DNA of 64,000 bases from Myxococcales bacterium (GTDB lineage: Bacteria; Myxococcota_A; UBA9042). This document shows positions 39,882 through 49,893 of this stretch, piece by piece (position 1 is the first letter of the stretch; each line of letters starts with the position of its first letter). The stretch lies in NCBI GenBank assembly GCA_037441385.1, contig JBBISH010000001.1, positions 32,001 through 96,000 of the forward strand, written 5' to 3'. The notes under the pieces are model-generated. The model had not been told where the DNA came from, did no database searches, and was given only the letters and a program-made list of their open reading frames with translations. The position numbers were made by a program, and so were the translations under genes.

Positions 39882-42629
39882 ATGGTTCCGAGCATTGCAC
39901 ACTTGTCGAAGCGACTCCCCAGCGCCGTCGCCGGTCTTCTTGCCTTCGCGGCGGTGGTGGCGGGCTGCCAGCCGGAAACCTTGCCGTCGACCAAGGTCTC
40001 CGAGGCCAAGGATGTCGAGGCCGTCCCAGACGTGACCCCGGTCGATGCTGTCGCCGGCGACGTGGCCGAGGTCGATCAACAGGCCGCTGACGTGGCCGAG
40101 GTCGCAGGTCCAGAGTGCGTGCAAGACGGCGACTGTGCAGCTAAAGCCGGCCCCTGCCAGCTCGCCGCCTGCGTAAAGGACAAGTGCGCCCTGGCGCAAA
40201 AGCCGGCGACTGCGGCGTGCGACGACGGCGACCCCTGCACCGTTGGCGACGCCTGCAACTCCGCTGGCGCTTGTGTGCCTGGCACCTTGCCGCCCAAGTG
40301 CGACGACGACAACGCTTGCACGTCCGACAGTTGCGTGCCAAAGACCGGTTGTGTCCACGCCAAGAAGTCGAGCGGCCCTTGCGAAGACGGCGACAAGTGC
40401 ACCGATGGCGACCACTGTCTGGATGGCATCTGCAAGTCGGGCGCGAACGATCTGTGCCCGTGCCATGTCGACGCGGACTGCGCGCCAAAGGCGAACTGGT
40501 GCACAGGCCCGCTGGTCTGCAACAAGTCCGGCAAGGTCAACAAATGCGAACCGAGCGGAGCGGGCGTGGTCTGCACCGATCCCAATCCGCTGGACTGCAA
40601 AGGCGTGGTCTGCGACCCGGCCGCACCCGAGCTGGCCAAGGCTTGCACGGAAACGGTCTTGAAAGACGGCGCCAACTGCAACGACGGCATCGACTGCACC
40701 ATGAACGACAAGTGTGCGGCGGGGGAGTGCAAGTTCGACGCGAACTTGTGTGATTGCCTCACGACCCAGCAATGCGTCAAGAAGTACAATACCCCAGGAA
40801 ACCTTTGTAAAAACAAGCATTTCTGTGACGTTGACCACGTCTGCAAGCCGCTGCCGGATGTCGTCTGTCCCGCCGCGGACCTGGGCGCGTGCGCCACCGT
40901 GACGTGCAACGAAGCCACCGGCAAGTGCGAGCCGACCCCCATCAAAGCCCAGCCGCTCGCCTGCGACGACGGCAACGCGTGCACGGAGGGGGACCACTGC
41001 GCGTATCCGGTTGGCGGCGTTTACTCCGGCCAGTGCGTTTCGGGCAAGGACCTTTGCCTTTGCACGAGCAACGCCGACTGCGCCGTCAAGGAAGACGGCG
41101 ACATGTGCAACGGCACCTTGTACTGCGACAAGCTGACCGGCACCTGCCAGGTGAACCCGGCGACTGTGGTTCAGTGCCCCACAGCGAATGACACGGTGTG
41201 CCAAAAGACCGTGTGCAACAAGAAGACGGGGCTCTGCGACGAAGTGCCGTCCGAGTGGCTCAAAGAGAACTGTCCCCCGGGCACGGCGGGTTGCGGGGTG
41301 TACATCAAATTGCCCGAGGGGGCGACACCGGTCTACAAAGGCTGCGAGGACGGCAACCCGTGTACCGCGAGCTCGACGTGCCTCGCCGGTCAGTGCACGA
41401 CCGAGCCGACGTCGTACATCTGTGGCTGCTCCAAGGACAGCGACTGCGCCTCGCTGGGCGACAAGTGCAAGGGCTCGTTCTACTGCAACGTGGAGTCCGG
41501 CAAGTGCCAATTGAATCCAGCGACGGCGGTGGTCTGCCCGGCGAGCGCCGACTCGCAGTGCGCCAAGAACGTCTGCGACCCCAAGACGGGGGCGTGCAAG
41601 CCGGAGCCCATCGCCAAGGGCGACGCCTACGTCCCCTGCGAAGACGGCAACGCGTGCACGAAGTTCGACTGGTGCGACCTCCAAGGCCAATGTCAGTCTG
41701 GCCAGAACCACTGCATCTGTCAGACCGACGCGGACTGCGCCGCCAAAGAGGACGGGAATCCCTGCAACGGCACGCTTTACTGCAACAAGGCTGCGGGCAA
41801 GTGCCAGCTGAACCCGGCGACGGTGGTCTACTGCTCGCCGCTCTTCGATACCGCGTGCCGGGCCAACAAGTGCCAGATCGCGACCGGGAAGTGCGCGATG
41901 GTTTCGCGGAGCGACAAGAGCCTGTGCGACGACGGAAACGTCTGCACGGCCTCGGACTCGTGCCTGGCGGGCGTGTGCGTGGGGGGCGCGAACCTGTGCG
42001 AGTGCGACAGCAGCAACGACTGCAGCAAGAAGGAAGACGGCAACTTGTGCAACGGCACGCTGTTCTGCGACTTGGCCGCGGTCCCCCACAAGTGCAAGGT
42101 CAACCCGGCGACCGTCGTGACGTGCCCATCCGGCCAGAACACCGCCTGCATGCTGAACACGTGCACGCCCGCGACCGGCGCATGCGCAATGGCGCCGCAC
42201 CCGCAGTTGTTCGCCCAGTGCGACGACGGCAATCCGTGTACCGCCGGCGACGTCTGCGTAGCCGGGGTCTGCACGGGATCTGCGAACCTGTGCAAATGCG
42301 TGCTCGACAGCGAGTGCGCCCCGCTTGACGATGGCGATCCGTGCAACGGCAAGCTCTACTGCGACAAGTCGGCGCCGCCCTTTGCGTGCAAGACCCTGCC
42401 TGGAAGCCCGATTGTTTGCAGCGGGTCCGGGGAGTGCATCCAGAGCACGTGCAGCCCCAGCACGGGCACCTGCACCACGGTCGCGGTCCCTGGGGCATGT
42501 GACGACGGCAACCCGTGCACGTTCGACGCGTGCACCGGGACCTGCAGCCACAGCGTCATCGACGATGGGGTCACGCCGTGCTCTCCCGGGAGTCCCGACA
42601 AGGTCTGCGTGGCCGGCCAGTGCAAGTAG
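39882..42629 (+). CDS. Large Cys-rich repeat surface lipoprotein
   Basis: Lipobox VAGC, acidic DVAEV linker, seven ~95-120 aa repeats with CDDGNxCT and CNGxLYC motifs. Confidence 0.85.
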   Translation: MVPSIAHLSKRLPSAVAGLLAFAAVVAGCQPETLPSTKVSEAKDVEAVPDVTPVDAVAGDVAEVDQQAADVAEVAGPECVQDGDCAAKAGPCQLAACVKDKCALAQKPATAACDDGDPCTVGDACNSAGACVPGTLPPKCDDDNACTSDSCVPKTGCVHAKKSSGPCEDGDKCTDGDHCLDGICKSGANDLCPCHVDADCAPKANWCTGPLVCNKSGKVNKCEPSGAGVVCTDPNPLDCKGVVCDPAAPELAKACTETVLKDGANCNDGIDCTMNDKCAAGECKFDANLCDCLTTQQCVKKYNTPGNLCKNKHFCDVDHVCKPLPDVVCPAADLGACATVTCNEATGKCEPTPIKAQPLACDDGNACTEGDHCAYPVGGVYSGQCVSGKDLCLCTSNADCAVKEDGDMCNGTLYCDKLTGTCQVNPATVVQCPTANDTVCQKTVCNKKTGLCDEVPSEWLKENCPPGTAGCGVYIKLPEGATPVYKGCEDGNPCTASSTCLAGQCTTEPTSYICGCSKDSDCASLGDKCKGSFYCNVESGKCQLNPATAVVCPASADSQCAKNVCDPKTGACKPEPIAKGDAYVPCEDGNACTKFDWCDLQGQCQSGQNHCICQTDADCAAKEDGNPCNGTLYCNKAAGKCQLNPATVVYCSPLFDTACRANKCQIATGKCAMVSRSDKSLCDDGNVCTASDSCLAGVCVGGANLCECDSSNDCSKKEDGNLCNGTLFCDLAAVPHKCKVNPATVVTCPSGQNTACMLNTCTPATGACAMAPHPQLFAQCDDGNPCTAGDVCVAGVCTGSANLCKCVLDSECAPLDDGDPCNGKLYCDKSAPPFACKTLPGSPIVCSGSGECIQSTCSPSTGTCTTVAVPGACDDGNPCTFDACTGTCSHSVIDDGVTPCSPGSPDKVCVAGQCK

Positions 42630-42694
42630 CCATGGTCGTGCCGGTCCAGTAGACTCCGCCGTGGCAGAGGACCCTGCCGTTCGCTTGGGTTGCA

Positions 42695-43582
42695 TTGGCT
42701 GGTTTTCAAGGCAAGATCCTGTTGCGCCGGGTGCTCTCGCGGCCCTACCACGTCGTTTCGCTTGTGCAGGCCGCGCGCACCCTCGCCAAACTGCAGGGTC
42801 ACGCCCATCCAGCGGTGCGGGCTGCTGCCACTGCCTGCAAGGCCGCCCTGTTGGGCAACTTCTCGCCAGACGAGCAAGCCTGGATTGCCCGAGTCGAAGC
42901 CCTCCGCAGTCGCGCAAGCCGTTCGACCGAGGTCGTCAAGATCGACGATTTCGGTGCAGTTTCACCGGACTCCAACCTGACCGCCGCGCAAATGTACACG
43001 GGCCGCGTGATCGAGCGCACCGTGGGGGCGGCCTGCAAGGGTGCCTCCAAGCCGCTGGTTTGGTCCTCGCTCCTTTTCCAGTTGGTGCGGCAGTTTGATC
43101 CAAAAACTTGCGTAGAATTGGGATGTTGCGTGGGTATCTCTGCCGGCTTCCAGGCGGGAGCGTTGCGCTTGAACGGGCACGGCGGGCACTTGTGGACGCT
43201 CGAAGGGGCACCGGCACTCGCCGAGGTTTCCCGTCGGCATTTCAACGAGATCGACGTGGATGTTGAGGTCGTCGTGGGCCGTTTCCAGGACACTCTGGCC
43301 GGCTTCCTCACCGCCCACACGCCCATTGACTATGCCTTTATCGACGGGCACCACGACGAGCAGGCAACTATTGACTATTTCGAGCAATTCTTGCCGCACT
43401 GCGGCCCGCGCGCCGTCCTGGTCTTCGACGACATCAACTGGTCGAAGGGCATGACGCGTGCATGGCGGCGCATCGAGGCGGATCCCCGCGTACCGCTTGC
43501 CTTCGATTGCGGCGAGATCGGGCTGTGCGTCATCGACGCCACGCTGACGGACCGAGTGCGGGCCCGCGTGCCGCTGCTCTAG
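42695..43582 (+). CDS. Class I SAM-dependent methyltransferase (Methyltransf_24-like); start uncertain
   Basis: VELGCCVGIS, AFIDGHH, FDDINWS.GM..AW. Confidence 0.88.
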   Translation: MAGFQGKILLRRVLSRPYHVVSLVQAARTLAKLQGHAHPAVRAAATACKAALLGNFSPDEQAWIARVEALRSRASRSTEVVKIDDFGAVSPDSNLTAAQMYTGRVIERTVGAACKGASKPLVWSSLLFQLVRQFDPKTCVELGCCVGISAGFQAGALRLNGHGGHLWTLEGAPALAEVSRRHFNEIDVDVEVVVGRFQDTLAGFLTAHTPIDYAFIDGHHDEQATIDYFEQFLPHCGPRAVLVFDDINWSKGMTRAWRRIEADPRVPLAFDCGEIGLCVIDATLTDRVRARVPLL

Positions 43583-43624
43583 AGCACCGATCAGAAACCC
43601 AGTCCTGGGGGCAAACGTCGCGGC
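43581..43624. repeat. Second, inverted copy of the element A end
   Basis: Reverse complement of 39699-39744 apart from a 2-nt indel; starts at the CTAG of the stop codon. Confidence 0.9.
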
Positions 43625-43690
43625 CTGCCTTACCGGATGGCTACTAGTGCCGTCAATGCAGTAAAAACATGTGCGATCATTGGCACTTGG

Positions 43691-43872
43691 CCCTCACCCC
43701 GCCGCCTTCGGCATCTGCCCCGCTCTCCCGGCGCCGTTGGCGCCACTCGCTCGCTTCGCTCACCGCGGGGATCCCTCCTCTCCCAACGCTTTGGGCGAGG
43801 GGCAATGCAATTTCCCTTTACCCCTCGCCCACTTCAGTGGGAGAGGGGTCGGCCGCAGGCCGGGGGTGAGGG
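43691..43872. repeat. Palindromic intergenic repeat of the CCCTCACCCC...CCTCTCCC/GGGAGAGG...GGGGTGAGGG type between convergent genes
   Basis: Terminal IR CCCTCACCCC/GGGGTGAGGG, two inner CCTC(T/G)CCC-GGG(A/C)GAGG hairpins. Confidence 0.85.
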
Positions 43873-43914
43873 CTATTCGACCGGGCGGCAGAGTATGCAA
43901 CCGGTAAGGCCGGG

Positions 43915-45417
43915 TCACGGGCAAGCCCCCGTCACCGTCAGCTCGTCGACCAGGAGCCCCAACTTCTGCTTGTTCGACGTGTCCCACTTGACCTGATCGA
44001 ACCACACCCGCAACTTGACCGACTTGCCGCCCAACGTGCTGGGCATGGCCACCTGCTGGTGCAGCCACTTGGCGCTGGTCGTGCCGGTATTCAAGTCCTT
44101 GTTCTTGCTCCAAAGATTGGCCAACACCGCCCCCGAGGTCGGGTCGACGGCATCGATGCCCGCTTGATGAATTGACGCGCCCGGCGACACATCCAACAGC
44201 ACCCAGAAATCCAGGCCGGGATTGGCCGGCAGCGCGATGACCGGGCTGGTCGCCGCGCCCTTGTTTGGGGTCTGGTCCTCGAACGAGACCTGGCCGGGCA
44301 CGCCGTAGCGCAGACAGCCAGCCCCGGCGACCTTGGTGAGCGTGCCAAAGTGGAAGTACACGCTCTTGCTCGACTGCTCCAGGGCGAAGCCGTTCAGCGC
44401 CGCCGCGTCAAAGTGGTACCACAGGTGCGTGCCACTGCCGCTGGCCTTTTGCGAACTGCAGGTCTGGGCCTGGCAGGTGTCGACCATGCACGCCACGTCC
44501 TTGGCGCACTGCGCATTGTTGCTGCAGCAGCCGAGCATCTTGCCGGGCGGGCTGTAGCTGCAGAACTCGCCCGCGCAGGTGCCCAGCGAGCAGGCGTTGC
44601 TGGTACAGCCCTGGCCGCCTGGGCACGTCGCGGCCTGGCCGGCCCAAACGTGCGTGCACTTGCCCGCTTTGCAGGCGTCTGCGCTGTCGTCGTTGCCGTC
44701 GCTGCACTCGCCGTCGCTCAGGCAGCAGTTGACGGCCGGAGGATGCAAGCACACGCCACCGCTGCACAAATCCTGGGTGCAGGGTTTGCCGTCGTCGCAC
44801 TCTTTGTCGGCGGTGCAGCACACGCCCTTGGGGGTCCACACGCACTTGCCGCCGGTGCACGCGTCCGTGGTGCAGTCGCTGCCGTCGTCGCAGTCGGCCA
44901 GGCTCTGGCAGCAGCCAAAGATGGGGTCGTGCTTGCAGGTGCCGTCGGGCAGGCATTGCTCCAACGTGCACGGATCCTTGTCGTCGCAGTCGGCGTTGAC
45001 GGTGCAGAGCGTAGTCTTGTCAAAGCACAGGTACGTAAAGGTGTTGCAGCCTTGGTTGGCCTTGCAGTCCTGGTCGGTGGCGCATTGAAAGCCCTTGCAG
45101 ATGCCCTTGTAGCAGAAGTAGGGCGGTGTGCCGGGCTCCGGGCTGGCGGCGTTGCAGTCGGGGTCCGCCGTACACGTCTTCTGGCCGCAGGTCGTGCCCT
45201 TGCACGCCTGCCAGGGGTCGCACGGCGGATCGCAGGTGGCGGGGCCGCTCGTGTCGGTTACCGCAGTATCCTGGCTGACTTGCGTGTCATAGCCCACCGT
45301 CTCGTCCGGCCCAACGGTGTCTGGGCTGGGCTTGGGGCTGCTGCCGCCCAAGAGCGAGTCGCAGCCTACACACGTCAGCGCGGCGGCGAGCAAGTAGACA
45401 TTCATCAAGTTCTTCAT
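43915..45417 (-). CDS. Cys-rich repeat lipoprotein with C-terminal beta-sandwich domain
   Basis: Lipobox CVGC; CCxxxxDCDDGxxCTxDxC repeats; MAM-like ending (KSVKLRVWFD...GLLVDELTV). Confidence 0.8.
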   Translation of the reverse strand: MKNLMNVYLLAAALTCVGCDSLLGGSSPKPSPDTVGPDETVGYDTQVSQDTAVTDTSGPATCDPPCDPWQACKGTTCGQKTCTADPDCNAASPEPGTPPYFCYKGICKGFQCATDQDCKANQGCNTFTYLCFDKTTLCTVNADCDDKDPCTLEQCLPDGTCKHDPIFGCCQSLADCDDGSDCTTDACTGGKCVWTPKGVCCTADKECDDGKPCTQDLCSGGVCLHPPAVNCCLSDGECSDGNDDSADACKAGKCTHVWAGQAATCPGGQGCTSNACSLGTCAGEFCSYSPPGKMLGCCSNNAQCAKDVACMVDTCQAQTCSSQKASGSGTHLWYHFDAAALNGFALEQSSKSVYFHFGTLTKVAGAGCLRYGVPGQVSFEDQTPNKGAATSPVIALPANPGLDFWVLLDVSPGASIHQAGIDAVDPTSGAVLANLWSKNKDLNTGTTSAKWLHQQVAMPSTLGGKSVKLRVWFDQVKWDTSNKQKLGLLVDELTVTGACP

Positions 45418-45433
45418 GCTGCGCTCCCCGCGG

Positions 45434-47443
45434 CTACAGTAGATGCGTTTGCCAGAACAGCGCCACGGCCTGCACCAACGCCTCGCGGTTGGTCTTCTTC
45501 TGGAAGCCGTGGCCCTCGTCCTTGGCCAGCAGGTACCAGACCGCCTTACCGGCCTGCCGCACCGCCGCGACCACCTGCTCGGCCTCACTGCGCGGAACCC
45601 GTGGATCATTAGCGCCTTGCGCGACAAACAGCGCGCTGTGGATGCGGGCGGCGTGGCTGAGCGGCGAAATGTGCTGCAAAAACTCGCGCATGCCCGGATC
45701 GCGCTCGTCGCCGTACTCGGCGCGGCGGTTGTCGCGGCGATAGGCCTGGGTATTCTCTAAGAACGTCACAAAGTTGCTGATGCCCACGATGTCCACGCCG
45801 GCCCGCAACTGCTCGCCGTAGTGCACCAGCGCCGCCAGCACCATGTAGCCGCCGTACGAGCCGCCATAGACCGCTGCGCGCTTGGGATCCAGGTCGGGTT
45901 GCGTGCGCGCCCAATCGAGCAGCGCGCCGATGTCGCTCACCGAATCCTCGCGCTTTTTGCCATTGTCCAAGGCCAGGTAGGTCTTGCCGTAGCCGTCGCT
46001 GCCGCGCACGTTCGGCACCAGCACCGCCACCCCCAGTTCGGCCAGCCACAGCTGGATCGATGGGTCAAAGCCCGGCCGGGCCTGCCCCTCGGGCCCGCCG
46101 TGAATGTTGATCACAAAGGGAAACGGGCCCTTGCCCGCAGGCTTGTACACAAAGCAAGGGATCTGCCGCGCCGCCTTGCCCACCCGGTCAAAGGTCGGGT
46201 AGTGCACCAGCGTCGGCTCAGCAAAGGCTTTGGGGTCCAGGCCACCGGTCTCGCCCTCGGTCCAGCGCTGTACCACGGGCGCCTTCTTGGGATTCTCCCA
46301 CCGCAACGTCCACACGTCGCCCGGCGACGCCGGTGCCGTCAGCCCCACCGCCACCGCCTTGCCATCCGGACTCCAGCGCAGCTCGCGAATCACGCCATTG
46401 GGCAGGCCCGCCACGGGCGCCGGCTTGCCGTCGTCGCCCAGCACGTACAGCCGCGACCAGCCGTCGTCGTTGACAACCAGCGCCACCCTGCCCGTACTCG
46501 ACACCGCGAACATCTCGACATTCCATCGGATATTCTGGGTCACCCACTGCAGCGCGCCGTCTTTGCCCTGGTGTGCCAGGCGCATGAAGTCGTCGCCCCA
46601 GTCGCTCGTCAGCCACACGCTGCCATCGGGAGCAAAGGCCGCGTCGCCAAAGGCCACCGTCTTGCCCTCCAACTCGGGCAGCAGCGGCGTCACCTTGCCG
46701 GTCGCCAGGTCCAACAGATGCGGCACCGACTCTTCAATCGAGATGAACTTGATGATCATCAAGCGCTTGCCGTCCGGCGACCAGTCCGCCACGCGCCAGT
46801 TCCCGGTCAATTCCACCGCGCGCTTGGGCGGTTCGCTGCTGTCGGCCGCCCAGACATACACGTCGAAGTCCTTGCCGTTGCGGCCCGTGCCCACAAACGC
46901 CAACTGCTTGCCGTCAGCCGACCAGACCGGCGTGTCGTGCCGGGATTTGCCATCGGTCAGCAGCCGCATGCTGCCGTCGCGGCGGCGCAACAAAGACAGC
47001 TGATAGAACTCGCTGCCGCCCTTGTCCACGCCCAACACCAACTCGTCGCCACCGCTGGTCGCGGGCCGCGCCGCGGCGAACGCCACCGGTTCGTCCAAGA
47101 AGGTCCACTGACTGCGCGCCCCCAAAGGCATCGCCAGCTTGTGCAGTTGCATCGTTTCGGCAAAGCGGGTCAGGATGAACAGCCCGCTGCTGTCGGCCGC
47201 CCAATCCGCCAAACGCGCCGGCCGCACGTTGGTGTATTGGGCCGCCCGCCGCGCCAACTCACTTGGAATTTCGGGCACATCCTCAAGCACCAGGCTGCCC
47301 TTGGCGCGAAGCGTGACCGTAGGAGTCCGCTCAGGCGCCTGCACCCGCGGCAATGACTCGGCCCACGCCGGCAGGGTCGGCAGGGCCGCAACCCCCAACA
47401 CCAGCAAAGCAATTCGCCATGACCACTTGCCCACGCCTGCCAT
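45434..47443 (-). CDS. S9 family prolyl oligopeptidase/acylaminoacyl peptidase
   Basis: Signal peptide, WSPDG propeller repeats, HGGPE, GGSYGG, NDPRVP, EGHGF. Confidence 0.95.
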   Translation of the reverse strand: MAGVGKWSWRIALLVLGVAALPTLPAWAESLPRVQAPERTPTVTLRAKGSLVLEDVPEIPSELARRAAQYTNVRPARLADWAADSSGLFILTRFAETMQLHKLAMPLGARSQWTFLDEPVAFAAARPATSGGDELVLGVDKGGSEFYQLSLLRRRDGSMRLLTDGKSRHDTPVWSADGKQLAFVGTGRNGKDFDVYVWAADSSEPPKRAVELTGNWRVADWSPDGKRLMIIKFISIEESVPHLLDLATGKVTPLLPELEGKTVAFGDAAFAPDGSVWLTSDWGDDFMRLAHQGKDGALQWVTQNIRWNVEMFAVSSTGRVALVVNDDGWSRLYVLGDDGKPAPVAGLPNGVIRELRWSPDGKAVAVGLTAPASPGDVWTLRWENPKKAPVVQRWTEGETGGLDPKAFAEPTLVHYPTFDRVGKAARQIPCFVYKPAGKGPFPFVINIHGGPEGQARPGFDPSIQLWLAELGVAVLVPNVRGSDGYGKTYLALDNGKKREDSVSDIGALLDWARTQPDLDPKRAAVYGGSYGGYMVLAALVHYGEQLRAGVDIVGISNFVTFLENTQAYRRDNRRAEYGDERDPGMREFLQHISPLSHAARIHSALFVAQGANDPRVPRSEAEQVVAAVRQAGKAVWYLLAKDEGHGFQKKTNREALVQAVALFWQTHLL

Positions 47444-47557
47444 CGCCGCTCCGCCGGGCCCCCGCGGCGCCCGCCGCCGCCCATGGTGACGCAGCCGGAC
47501 CGGCCAAGCAACCGCGCGGCTTGCCTCCGCAGGCCAAAATCGCTAGGTTGCAGCCCC

Positions 47558-48241
47558 ATGAAGAAACCCAAGCCGCCTCCACCCAAGCAGCCGGCCCAGC
47601 CGCGCGGCACGTTTGGCGACACGGCCGCCCCGCACAAGCCGTTCGCCAGCGCGCTGGGCGACCTGAAAAAGCAAGTGCAAGCCCAAGAGCGCGCTCAGAA
47701 AGCCGAGGAGGAGCGCCGGGCGCGCATGCCGCCGCCGCCCCCGCCGCCACCGCAAGAGCTGAGCGACGACGAACTGTTGGCGATGGCCATGAGCGGCGTC
47801 AAGCCCCTGGCGGGCCCCGAGCGAGTGGGCAAACCCACGCCTGCCAGTCTGCCGCAGGCCCCACAAGGTCGCGAACCAGCACCGCAATTGGGCCAAGAGC
47901 CCGACGAACCCGACTGGTGGTCCGCCAAGGTCGACGTCGCCTTTTTGTGGTCCCTGGGCGGCGACCGACCGTGGCAAAAGCGAGTCCAGCTCAAGGGCTG
48001 CGACCCAAGCAGCTTGGGCCCCGACATCGCCCGCGCTATCGTCCGCGCCCGCGAGCAGCACCACGGCTGCCTGCTGCTGGCCTTCGACGCCGGGCTGGTG
48101 CCGCAAGGCCTGCGCGTAGGCACATGGATTCGTGCCTATATACGGAAGGATCAGCGCCAGAACGTCATCGGATACATGACGGCCAAGCCCGCAGATGGCG
48201 GAACTCAGGCCATTTACCTGTGGGTACGGCCCAAGGTCTAG
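47558..48241 (+). CDS. Degenerate Smr/MutS2-C-like protein
   Basis: KPFASAL, LAMAMSGVKPL and C-terminal TAKPADGGTQAIYL resemble stand-alone Smr proteins. Confidence 0.6.
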   Translation: MKKPKPPPPKQPAQPRGTFGDTAAPHKPFASALGDLKKQVQAQERAQKAEEERRARMPPPPPPPPQELSDDELLAMAMSGVKPLAGPERVGKPTPASLPQAPQGREPAPQLGQEPDEPDWWSAKVDVAFLWSLGGDRPWQKRVQLKGCDPSSLGPDIARAIVRAREQHHGCLLLAFDAGLVPQGLRVGTWIRAYIRKDQRQNVIGYMTAKPADGGTQAIYLWVRPKV

Positions 48242-49666
48242 CTAGATCTTGCGGCGAATCGGCAGGTCTTCGTTGACCCGCATCGGGTCCATGCCGGCGT
48301 AGTAGGCCTTGGTCGGGCGGTTGAACAGCGCCTTGGTCGTCAGCACCAGCAGGCCAAAGGCGACGAACAGGCCGCGCACCGCCCACTTGGTCATGTTGAA
48401 CAGCGCGTCCTCTTTCTCTAGGTCATTCAAGATCTTCCAGCGACGGGCAAAGCCGTCGACCACGGCGAATTCGCGCTTGGTCGCGGTCTTGAGCTCCTGG
48501 TCGGTCATCCGGTCCACTTCGCGCAGCTTCTTCTCCAGGTCGCGTTTGCGGGGATCGTAGCGGTCGCTGATCTTGGCCAGTTCGTCAAAGTGGCGCTTGC
48601 TGGCGAATTCCTCGGCCTTGCGGTTGGTTTCGCTGCGGCGGTCGATCTCGGCCTGGCGCGCCGCCTTGGCCTCGGCCAGCTCGCGCTCTAGCCCGAGCCG
48701 CTCGTCGTTCAGGCGGAACCACTTGGGCCCCTTGCCCTTGGTGCCCGAACGCCAGCCCTTCTCTTCCTGAGTCAGCTCGGCCAGCACGCCATTGAGCTGC
48801 TTGTCCAAATCCGCAATACGCACGTCGTGTTGCGGCACTTCCAGCGACTCGAGCTTCAGGACCGGCGCCTCTTCTTTCAGCCGCGTGCGCGCCTTGCCTT
48901 CCTCGCCGGCGGTGTCGTCGATGTCTTTGCGAATGTCGCCGCGCAGTTGCTGCCGCGCACCTTCGCGCACGCCTTGGAGCTCGCCGTTCAGCCGACCTTG
49001 GATGACGTCGTTGAACACCATCAATTCCACCGGGATCGCCGTCACGGTGGCGAACAAGATCACCACAGCCACGCGCATCAGGATCGCCGGATTCAAGAAC
49101 AGCGGCAGCTTGGCGCCGTAGACGTCGGCCGTGAGCACAAATCGCTCGAAGATCAAGATGATCGACGCGATCAAGAAGGCGAACAGCACCGCCGGCGTCC
49201 AACCCGGCCAGCCCATCGCGTTGACAAAAACCCAGCGAAAACCCAGGGTCCAGGCCAGCATGTCCATGCAAAACTGCACGCCCATCAACACGACGCCAAA
49301 GCCGACCTGGGCCTGTACGGTGCGCGGCATGGGGCCGTGTTCGTCCAAGACCAGCAGGCGGATCAGCGGGTGCAGCCACGTGCGGGCATACAAGTCCATA
49401 TAGGGCGCCACTTGGATGCGCTGATGCGGCACGCGCGGCGCGGCTGCAGCAACCGCTTCGGTCGGGGCAACCGGCTTGCTTGCGGGGCGCTCCGGCAGGT
49501 GCGGCAGCTCAGCGCGCTCGCCACCGGGCTCATTCGCATGATCCGCACCGTGGCCGATGCGGGCAGCGTCCAGCTCGGCGATGTCCACGAGTTCGTCTTG
49601 CGGATCCACCACTTCAAGGGTCCGCCCACCTTCGAGCTCGCGCGCTTTGACCGACGACAACGCCAT
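48242..49666 (-). CDS. DUF4407-like membrane/coiled-coil protein
   Basis: Several TMs, FERF, AIPVELMVF, coiled coil with G..G.GP, C-terminal TM. Confidence 0.7.
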   Translation of the reverse strand: MALSSVKARELEGGRTLEVVDPQDELVDIAELDAARIGHGADHANEPGGERAELPHLPERPASKPVAPTEAVAAAAPRVPHQRIQVAPYMDLYARTWLHPLIRLLVLDEHGPMPRTVQAQVGFGVVLMGVQFCMDMLAWTLGFRWVFVNAMGWPGWTPAVLFAFLIASIILIFERFVLTADVYGAKLPLFLNPAILMRVAVVILFATVTAIPVELMVFNDVIQGRLNGELQGVREGARQQLRGDIRKDIDDTAGEEGKARTRLKEEAPVLKLESLEVPQHDVRIADLDKQLNGVLAELTQEEKGWRSGTKGKGPKWFRLNDERLGLERELAEAKAARQAEIDRRSETNRKAEEFASKRHFDELAKISDRYDPRKRDLEKKLREVDRMTDQELKTATKREFAVVDGFARRWKILNDLEKEDALFNMTKWAVRGLFVAFGLLVLTTKALFNRPTKAYYAGMDPMRVNEDLPIRRKI

Positions 49667-49893
49667 GTGCCACTCACCTGCCCCTGCAGTCCGAACAACG
49701 AATCTGCAGAATTCTCGGCTGTTCCCTGTTTGGTGGCCCGCCGCGCAAGTCCGCGGCAGGGCACTCAAGAACGCAAAAGGATACTTGTTTCCACCGCGGG
49801 CGTCCAGCAAATCCAACGCCTGGGCCCCACAACCTATTCCAGGCTGGTGCGTCCCAGGCGTGCCTGCGGTAGGCTGCGGCGATGGAGGTTGCG

